Assembly: GCA_009602725.1 (NCBI GenBank)
Contig: WELB01000005.1
Span: 75,863 to 129,460 of the forward strand
DNA length: 53,598 nt
Origin: Spirogloea muscicola
Lineage: Eukaryota
Direction: 5' to 3'
Below are positions 24,350 to 42,453 of the stretch, piece after piece (within the stretch, counting starts at the first letter, position 1; every line of letters begins with the position of its first letter). The translations under genes were made by a program, and so were the position numbers. The notes beneath the pieces are model-generated. The model searched no databases. It had not been told where the DNA came from and saw nothing but the letters and a program-made list of their open reading frames with translations.

Positions 24350-27300
24350 TATCTTCTCGGGCTGGCTCCCTTCTCACTTTCTCGCCCGAGGGAAGCAAGC
24401 TCCGAGGTGAATTGAGCTCCTCCATGGGGCGGGGGCTGTGGACAGAGGAAATGAGCTCCTTAAAGAAGCCCTCTATGCATGCGCTTGGCCGTCTCGCTGC
24501 AGAGGTCTATGGCCCGCGCGCTGCACCTACGTGCAGGCAGAGCCCTCGCTGCTGCCTCTGCCTCTGGCCAGGGGACCCGCTTCCAGGAACCCAGTCTCTC
24601 TGACCTGAGGCTGCTTAGCAGGGGTGACTGAGTGCTTCGTAGCTCCTTCGTTTCTTTTTAGTGCTTGTTGTTCTTCGTACTTCCCCTGGCCCCTTCTCGT
24701 CCTTTGTTCATTCTTTTCTGGGCTGGCTTTTCCAAGCCCCTATCCTCAATGGGCGAGCCCTTCTCTCAATTGGAAGAGTCTCTCTCTCCCAGAGGAGTGG
24801 CTCTCCCAACGGGGGCAAGGGCTATGAGAAGCCAGCCCGAAAAGAATTGACAAGGTCCGAAAGGGCCGACAAGCGCTGAAAAACGGAAGTACACAAGTAC
24901 CACGTAGGAAGCTCCTTGGTAACCTCTAGTCAGCAGCCGCAGATCAGAATGACTAACCGCCGGCAAAATATACTATTGTAGAGTCCCCTTGACGAAAAGC
25001 TCATGGTAAAGGCTGCAGCAGAGCGCACGGCCACGCAGGTGAAAGGCAAGCCAGCCCAGAAAGAACGGACAGGGGAATACAGCCTTCGCCGCCTTTGGCT
25101 GCGCTGACGTCCGCCCCCTTTTTACAGAGCCCCTCCCAGAGCACTACTCCGATTACCCCCGATGTGATCAGCTCTTGCCAGCAGCAATCGACATCTTTGG
25201 CTGCTTAGGTCCTCGTTTCCTTACTCTCCTTCAAAACATAGCCAATCTAGGCTACACACGACATGCAGATGTGTTCCCGGCTGAGATGGGCTTGCCAGCT
25301 GCTTATCTGTCGTTGTTGCAACAACGAGTTTCGGCCTTTTTGCAGCGTGCTCAGGCTAATGGTTTGCACCAGAAAGCTGGGCGAGCTCTAGTTGGTGGCA
25401 GAAGGGCTTCGTATCTGCCATCTAGTATCCAGGCATCGGTTAGCGACCTTTATATTTTGACCCGTGGTTTCTGAGCGGGTCAATCTACTGTAGGTTATGT
25501 AGGTCTTAAGATGTGCTTGCCTTTGTACTTGGTCATTTGGCCTTCGTTTGTTTCAAATACACGAAATTCCCTTTCTCAATCTTTCTCGCTCCTGCTTTTG
25601 GGCTGGCGCCTCGCAGCCATCTCCTCACAGTGGACGAGCTGCTTCCTCGTCCACTTCTTTTTTTCCTAGGGCTGGCCTCTCGGGCTTTCTGGCCCCTTCC
25701 AATTCTTGTCCATTTTTTTTCGGGCTGGCCTCGCACAGCCCTCGCCCCCTATAAAACGAGCTCACCTCTTTTCCTTCTTTTCGGCCTGGCCTCTCACAGC
25801 CCATGCCCCCTTGAGAAGATCTTTTCGCACGTCCATCGTGCCGTTCCAGCAGAAGAATGACGCTTCAGCAGAGAACGTGCTCGCCTACAGAGGGTAGGGG
25901 CTGGGAAAGGCCAGTCCAACAGAATGGACAAGGTCCAAAGAGCCAGAAGGTGCCAAAATCACACAGCTAGACACGAGACTACCGCAGATGAAAGCTTAGT
26001 AACCACGAGTGACCAGCAGCAAGTCGGAGTGACTCGCAGCTGGAAAAGAGGCACTCCGCCTAGACCCAGATGCAGCAGCCATAGCGCGGCCTGCACGCAA
26101 GTAAGAAGAAAGTGCGCGCCCATGGAGAAGAGGGGCTGGCAGAGGCCAGCCCGAGAAGAACGGACAAAAATCCAAAGAGCCATTAAGATGCCGAAATGCG
26201 CGCGAGTGGACTGCAGCGGGCTGACAGACTCATACGCGGAGGGTCGACCTGGTGGCCACTACGCCGGGTGGGTTCCAGCGCATCACTGCTGAGACGTGGT
26301 CACAACAGACGGATTGACCGCTCAGTGGAATCCGGGGCTCTCAGCTTCAAAGGCTGGGCCTGCAGCAGCAAATGCGGCTCGTGGCAATGAGAGATACTCC
26401 TCCAGTAGAGGGCCATGGCTGTGATTGGCCAGCTCAGAAAAAGGACACACAAGAGAGTGGCAAAGAAAGACGTGGCTCTCCCAATGGGGGCAAGGGCTGG
26501 GAGAAGCCAGCCCGAAAAGAAAAAGGTTCGAAGGGGCCAAGTGACGGAGGGGAGCAAAGAGGCCAAGTTTAGTTGTGTGCTTCAGCACTTTCTGGCTCCT
26601 TCTGACTGCTTCTTTTGTTCGGGCTGGCTTTGACAGCCCTCGCCCCCTTTGAAAATCTCGCTTCTCTCACAGCCATTGCCTTAGTTTGAAAGAGCTGTTG
26701 CTGTTTTGGGCACTTCCAGACCTGTTATTCGCCAATGCGCGCCCTGCCGCAACCTCCTGGTCGCGCCCTGGCTGCAGCCTGTAAGAAGAAGTGGCTCTCC
26801 CAATGGGGGCAAGGGCTGTGAGAAGCCAGCCCGAAAAGAATTGACAAGGTTCGAAGGGGCCAAACTACGAGCTAAGCAGCGACTGCAGGGCCTGAAGAGG
26901 CTATGGCAGAACGGGGAAGGATGGACCGCTTAGTAGTTACGAGTGAGGAGCCTCACATCCGACAGACGTAAGGTCCCAACCCCTGTACGCACAGTTAGGG
27001 GTTAGATTATCCTTATTGAGTTCGGTCACTGGGGTTATAGTGGTCGCTGTGCGTACAGGCGTTAATTCCTTAATTCCTCCTCTGGCGATAGACAGGGGAC
27101 TTGCTACCCGGAGACGAGATTATCTGACCTGCGGCTTCTCACTGGGGGATATTGAGCACCCAGTGGCCAATATCCCACTTAGAGTCGCAGTGTGCTTCAC
27201 CGCTTTTCTAGCGCCTTCGAGTTTTGTTTCTCTCTCTGGGCTGGCCAATCGCAAGCCTTCGCCCTCGACTGAAAGAGTAGCTTCTATTTTGGGCACTTTC

Positions 27301-27900
27301 GTAGCCACTTGCATAGCTGTGTGGTTGTTGCGTCTTACAACCCTTTGGACCTTGTCTATTTTATGGGCTTTTCACAACCCTCGCCCCCTTCGAAAAAGCC
27401 ACACCTAAAACAGCCATCGCTCTGGAATGGAACAGCTGTTTCTCCTTTTCCTTAGCGCTTTCCTGCCCCTTCCTGGCCCATAGAATCATGTCTAACATTA
27501 TCGCGCTTGTCTCCGGGCTGGCTCTCTCAGCCTTTTGTAAAGGGTTGCTTCTCAGAGGAGGGGCGAAGGCTGTCAAATGGTGATAGCGCCTCCCCAATAA
27601 GCCAGCGCCTCCCCAACAGCCCACACCCTTCTTCATTTTGACATTATCTCATCTTCTTTTCACTTACTTTGAAATAGCTGTTTTTCTTGCCTGGCCTCTC
27701 ACAGCCACCGCCTTACATTGGAAGAGCTCTTTCTTGCAATCAGAAAGTGGTCAAGGTGTCCAAAGCGGCCGTAAAGAGCAAGCGCGGCCAGATTAACTGG
27801 TGGCTGGGAGAGGCCAGCCCAAAAGAATGGACAAGGTCTGAAGGAGTCGGAGTGCTAAGGACTGAGACAGCAGTAAGCGAACTCTCAGTAAACCGCTGCA
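24350..27900. mobile_element. Cluster of >12 5'-truncated 3' ends of RLE (CRE-like) non-LTR retrotransposons, both orientations
   Basis: Recurrent ORF C-terminus: RLAVSLQRSMARALHLRAGRALAAA..SLSDLRLLSRGD* (+, from 24482), VSHSDLRLLTRGY (-, ~24920-24960), ..SVSDLYILTRGF* (+, to 25474), YLRAGRAMAAA..SHSDLLLVTRGY* (-, ~25996-26103), LSDVRLLTRNY* (-, ~26930-26965), TRLSDLRLLTGGY* (+, ~27115-27154). Each is followed by a shared 3'UTR with a GGGCTG..CAGCCC hairpin. Further UTR-only stubs lie at ~24358, 25046, 25597, 25691, 25776, 26125, 26405, 26472, 26595, 27340, 27683 and 27800. Confidence 0.8.
25140..25560 (+). mobile_element. RLE-LINE subfamily A fragment: end of endonuclease domain plus start of 3'UTR
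   Basis: Open frame EHYSDYPRCDQLLPAAIDIFGCLGPRFLTLLQNIA..YLSLLQQRVSAFLQRAQA. This matches the C-terminal pattern of CRE-type RLE domains (P-x-A-x-D/E-x-F-G..G..L; final R-x-S-x-x-L-Q-R). Collinear with the copy at 40225-40570, including the 3'UTR gatgtgcttgcctttgtacttg. Confidence 0.78.
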
Positions 27901-29705
27901 CGTGGGCTGCGAGCTCACAGCCTTGGGGCAACTGAGTGCCTCCCAACGCTAAGACTGTGCGCCAGCAGCGTGCCCAAGCTTCCCACGCAGGGGCTTCACT
28001 TTGTGGATTTTATTCATTTCTTTGCGCTTGTACTGACAGTGTGCTCGGTTTGCCCTTTCCATCATATAATGCACACCGTGCACCTTCCACTGGGCTGGTG
28101 GCGCAGAGATAAATATTGTGCCTGAAGAGTGGTGTGTGCGACAGAACTCCAAAAATGTTACTTCGTGGAAGCATCTGTAGCCTGAAGTGGAAGACGATCG
28201 GTTATGTCGTGTATGACAAATGAAAATATGTAGAAAAGAAAGAGTTACTTCAAGTAAATCCCTTATCTTGTTGCCGAAGTAGCAAAGCTGGGAGCCAAAT
28301 CTTGATATCGTGAGAGGTATTTCTATGCTTGAGAAAGGTAGCTTCTCACGCAACCAGTAAAGCCAGTTCAAGTAGCAGGTAGCAAGACGTATATGACCAA
28401 CATACGACGTAGATACTCCACTAGTATGATATGCGAGGTCACAGCTCTACCATTCCAGAGGCTTTCCAATATACTTGACATTTCAGTAACAGCAAGTAGC
28501 CAAGTCCACACTTTGTTGATTGGACAGCAGCAGCACCATACGCACAGAAGCTTCTGCACTGGCCTCATGATGCACCATGCTTGTAACAACGTCTTTGATG
28601 CACCACTCGTGAATGTGTATGTGTGTATATACTGGAGCGATTGGGACAAGACGTGCAGCCTACTCAAGCATGAGATCAAGTACTTGTAGTCATGCTTGAG
28701 AAGAACACTCGGACAGGGACTCCGTTCTGGGCACCAGAAATCTTCAATATGGGAGAGGTGAAGGCTGAGCGAAGGACTTCAAATTAGTTGGAGGGAGCAA
28801 CAACAAAGGGCAGTGCCATAGGTCTGCGTGGGTCAACGATCCTGACAAAACAGAACTGCATGCCTGCTGCTGAGCTCTTCAAAGTTACAGAGATGCTTTA
28901 CATTTCACTCTAGTCCCCACTGCCTAGATTGCGCAAGCCACTTGATACGTGTTCCTATGGTGACTAATGATCCAACTTGGAGTGATCAGCCATATAGCAA
29001 GCGACGAGGCAAATTGCAATCAGGATTTTAAACCTGTGCGAGTGTCATCGGACAACACCAACTATCAGTCATAGCCTTTCTTTTGTAATATAGATAAATA
29101 CTGCCCCATCCCCTCTTCCATAGCGTGACAAGCAGCCTAAGCAGCCTATTCATGCCTAAAAACTCGTGGAAGACCAACTCAATGCTGGATAACAAGCCTA
29201 GACTCAGGATACATACATGGGGGCCTGTTTGCAGAGGGGCCTGCGCCTCTTGATGTCTAATGTGAAGCCGGCTCCTCGTGCACTTCGGTTAGTTGGCCCA
29301 GTCTTCAATACTCAGCCTATTTCATCGGCTAGTGAGCATAGTGACAGATTTCTCAAACCCTGCTCGCTTGATCTGCACAAGCGAAGCTAATTGTTAGCTC
29401 AGATGTCATGCTCACTGGTCGCTACAAAGGTTAGCATACGCAAGAGGCAATGTGTAGAGTTGGCCTTCATACAGACGGATCTAATCACCGCAGCTAAATT
29501 ATGTGTGATGTGCTTGACAAGTGCAGAGGTTTGGCTGCTAAATTGTGCAGCAATACGAAGCAAATGCAAATCTAGAGCACCGATGAAATTGACAGATACC
29601 TAGGTACAGTATGCAGACGGTGCACCTTGTAAAGAGCTTCATGATTGCTTGGCAAGATCTTAGAGGACCTGCAAACCTTAACTCAATTACCATCTTCTGA
29701 CCTCT

Positions 29706-29791
29706 TCAAGCTTGTATAGTTTTACAGTCACCTCGTATGTGCTTGTCTGTGTAATTCTCAGGCTTGTATAATCTTACAATCACCTCATATG
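29706..29791. repeat. 34-bp imperfect direct repeat (29/34 identical, 18-bp spacer) downstream of the ABCC stop
   Basis: tcaagcttgtatagttttacagtcacctcgtatg (29706-29739) versus tcaggcttgtataatcttacaatcacctcatatg (29758-29791). Confidence 0.85.
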
Positions 29792-29991
29792 ATTTCCCTT
29801 GAAGCATTGAAAAAGAATACCAGATTTCAAGTGTCTGGTCAAGTATGACAATCGTTATTCTTTCCCACCACTTGACGACACCCTGACTATGTTGCAAGTC
29901 GACATTTCCACCAAGTACTGTACAATCATCAATTGCTCAATGTGAGCATGGCGTGTTTGTCTCGTGGAGGTTGAACTCCAAGAGTGGCAGG

Positions 29992-39369
<9,378 letters not shown>

Positions 39370-39739
39370 NATCGCGGTGATCGGACGGCGGCCCGGCTCC
39401 GGCGGCGCCGCCGGGGCCCGCGCCGGGGCGCAGGGACGCCCCGCGGAAACGCGCCGCAGATCGCGGCGTCGATTTCGGCGGGGTGCTGGGGTCGGGAGAA
39501 ACCTGGGGCTGGGGGGCGGTTACCGGAGCGTACGGTTACCCGGGATCGTCCTGCAGGAATTGAATGATTCGTGAGATCCCCACCTCGGGGCAGACTGATC
39601 AGCCTGCGCCTCCGCGCCGAAATGGCGGCTGCCACGAATTCGATCACAAACCGCACGAGCCGCGTCCGGTCGACCGAGCCCGGCGACCCCGTGCTCCCCC
39701 TGAGCAGCCGCCACGTGGCTCTTGGCACCTGACGTCACC

Positions 39740-40570
39740 GGCGCACCGCCTGCAGCCTCTACGTGAAACGTCATGCCCATCACCACGGACGCTCAGGGAC
39801 GCCGCCACCGCCGCACCCCAGACATGGTGGGCATTCGACGTGGCGGAGGTCCACGAGCCTTGGTCGAGGTGGTTGTGACGGAGGCGTACAGGGGTCCAGC
39901 ATCCACCCACATTGCTGGCAGCGCAGTGGGAAGTGCGGAGAGGAGGAAGCTGCAGTACCACTCTGACCGCCTCCTCCTACCAGCACCTGCGGGCCGGGAG
40001 AGCCCTCGCTGCTGCCTCTGGCTCTGGCCAGGGGACCCGCTTCCAGGAGCCAAGTTTCTCTGACCTGAGGTTGCTTAGCAGGGGTTACTGAGTGCTTCGT
40101 ATCTGCTTAGTTTCTTCTTGTGCTTGTTTTTCTTAGTGCTTCCCCGGGCCCCTTCTCGTACTTGGCTCATTCTCTTTTGGGCTGGCTTTTCCCAGCCCCT
40201 ATCCTCAATGGGCGAGCCCTTCCCCCTCCTATCAGCCGCAATTGACACTCTTGGCAGCATGAGTCCTCGTTCTCACACCCAACTTGAGAACATCACAAGT
40301 CTAGGATATGCACGACGTGAGGATATGCTTCCAGCCGAGATGGGCATGCCGGCAGCCTAGGTGTCGGTTTTTCAGCGTCGTGTGTCAGCCTGTTTGCAGC
40401 GAGCTCAGGCTCATGCTTTGCACCAGAAAGCTGGTGGCACAAGGGCTTGTCCATCACCGCCCAGAGTTTGGGCATCAGTTAGCGACCTCTACGTGCTGAC
40501 TCGTGGTTAATGAGCGGGGTCAGCTTGGCAGTAAGTGATGTACATCTGTCGATGTGCTTGCCTTTGTACT
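39740..40570 (+). mobile_element. Decayed RLE-LINE subfamily A copy carrying the PD-(D/E)XK-type endonuclease, interrupted by a nested insertion
   Basis: Frame from 39773 reads RRTPDMVG..ALVEVVV..AGSAVGSAERRKLQYHSDRLLLPA. It resumes in the same frame at 40226 as LLSAAIDTLGSMSPR..PAEMGMPAA*VSVFQRRVSACLQRAQAHALHQKAG..SVSDLYVLTRG* (TAA 40508-40510). The premature TAG at 40358 corresponds to Tyr in the 25-kb copy. Confidence 0.8.
39985..40224 (+). mobile_element. 5'-truncated RLE-LINE subfamily B copy (240 bp) nested in the subfamily A copy, with target-site duplication
   Basis: Collinear with 24525-24765. Flanked by cctcctaccagc (39973-39984) and cctcctatcagc (40225-40236). Confidence 0.82.
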
Positions 40571-40619
40571 TGACCACTCAGGCCCTCCATCACTCAATAC
40601 ACACTCCATTCGTATAAAA

Positions 40620-41260
40620 TGAGAGACTCTTCCAGTAAAGGGCGATGGCTGTGATTGGCCAGCCCAGAAAATGAATGACGAAATTCTTCTTTCAGGTGGC
40701 GACGGGTGTGAAAGGCCAGCCCAAGAGAATGACAAACCTTAAGGGGCCGGAAAGTGCAAACCATTCAGCAAAGCAAGTACCACGAAGGATGGTCACTCAG
40801 GAACCTTCAGTCAAAAGTCAAACGACTAGCAGCCGAAAGATCAATAAGCTCGTTCAACGGGGGTGAGGGCTGTAAAAGCCAGCCCCAAACGCATGAACAA
40901 GGTCCGAAGGGTCCGGAAAGCGCTATGACACACAACAAAGCAAGTACCACGAAGGATGATCACTTAGTAACCCCTTGTAAGCGGCCGCGAGTCATAAAGA
41001 CTAGCCAACGGAAAGGAGTCGCCCTGTCAGTAGCCTGAGGGAGCAGCCAGGGCACAGGCAGCACGCAGATAAAGGCTAAAGCCAGGATATTGCTTTAAGT
41101 AGACATTGGCATTTGATACACAAGGGCCAGACTGCTTGCGGCAACAATATTGGCTCCTCCCACTAGGTGCCCCTGCCATCGAAAAATTGCTTGATACGCA
41201 AGTCGCCGCAGGAGGTCAAAGTAACCGAACCTCGAACATGGACGTCTATTGCATTCAAAT
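40620..41260 (-). mobile_element. Three stacked minus-strand RLE-LINE 3' fragments
   Basis: Hairpin-bearing 3'UTRs at ~40625-40680, ~40697-40830 and from ~40855. The last extends upstream as LYLRAACALAAPSGY*QGDSFPLASLYDSRPLTRGY*, and in frameshifted form as AIDVH / FDLLRRLAYQ up to ~41255. Confidence 0.72.
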
Positions 41261-42453
41261 TTCTTAGATACCCAAGAGACATAATCGTCTAATAAGTGGG
41301 GCCAAAAAAGAGTGGACAGCAATTGGGCCTCTGCCAGAAAGGCGCCCTTCAGACAAACGAGAGGCTGCCATGTTGTATGCAGAAGCCCCCAGTCAATAAC
41401 CCGAAGGTGACACACCGATAGAGTGCAAGCTTGACCAGAGGCGGCAGCTGCTGTTAGAGGCCAGCACAAAGGAGAATGTTCGTGAGTCTTGGGCACGATG
41501 GTGCTGGCAAAGGCCGCCGGTGCAACAGATGAAGCCACCCGACTGGTCAAGTGTGCCAGCTTATTGGCTGCGAGATGGCAAAGGCTGCCGTCTCGCAGTC
41601 AACAAGCTGGGGGCATGAGCCTGGGGTCAGAGAGACTACTGCAGGGCATCGAGGTCCCTCGGCAGATGCCCAAGGCAGCGAACGCACTTGATCCTGGCAA
41701 AGGTGCAGGGCAAAGGATTACCGATGTTGCCAAGACACTGACGACCGCGTGTAATGGGTACGCTCAGGCAAGCTGGATGTTGGCCTGCTCCTGCTTGGTG
41801 CCTGCCTGAGGCTTAAAGCTCAGTGTCTGTCGTCATATGCAAGTGGGTGAGCTGGCCCATAATGAGCATCTGCTTCTCCCATGGAGCAAGAACAACTCCT
41901 CTCCTCCACCTCTAGCCCCAACTTTTCTCCTCAGTTTCGCATTGACTGCCTCCTGCAATTTCAGCCTCACAATGGAGCTCGTCTCTCACTTCCTCAAGGA
42001 CAAGTCACCTATTTCTTCCTTTCAGCTGGCTCCTCGCTGCCACCACCCTCATAAGGTGGGAATGCTACTCCTCTTGTCTTGGTCCCTAACTCGATTTCTG
42101 CTCGCTCACAGCTTGCGCTGGCAAGGTGCCCGTTGAGCCATGCTGGGGTTGCCAAACGACGTCCTGGCCATGGAGATATTGGGCCCGCCGCCAAGACTGT
42201 GGCCGGAGGAGCAAGGTGCAAGTCCCTGCACTATTTGGCCCCTCTCATGCTTGCTGGTAGTGCACTTCTGGCAGAAGGGCCTGCAGCAGCAGATCGCTCT
42301 CTGGGCTACAGGCTCTCCAAAGCAGCAGATGGGACAGCTAACTTCAGGTCCTTGTGCCTAAGGCAGAGCAGGGTTGTGGTGTGCAAGACGGGCAAGGCTG
42401 GAAACCAGCCTTGACACTGGTGCATGGAAAGTCTGAGAATTGCGGCAACTACG

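Noticed and set aside
24350..27900. CRISPR array or MITE with terminal inverted repeats, suggested by recurring palindromic motifs
   Set aside because: Spacing is irregular and orientations are mixed, with no constant spacers or cas genes. The motifs sit at a fixed position after a retroelement ORF stop, so they are LINE 3' ends.
27949..28371. 140-aa minus-strand ORF in the intergenic region
   Set aside because: No recognisable motif, non-ATG start, and no supporting exon series.
29706..29791. Mini-CRISPR interpretation of the 34-bp repeat
   Set aside because: Only two diverged copies with an 18-bp spacer, in a eukaryotic context.
39985..40224. Introner-like spliceosomal insertion (minus strand ends in ..cccgcag|gt)
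   Set aside because: No GT/GC donor at the other end, and the segment is itself an ORF end plus 3'UTR of the LINE.
42079..42414. Fragments resembling an F-box (LPNDVLAMEIL) or an RT segment (YLAPL)
   Set aside because: Too short, with no continuation in any frame; probably the PWWP gene's downstream region.
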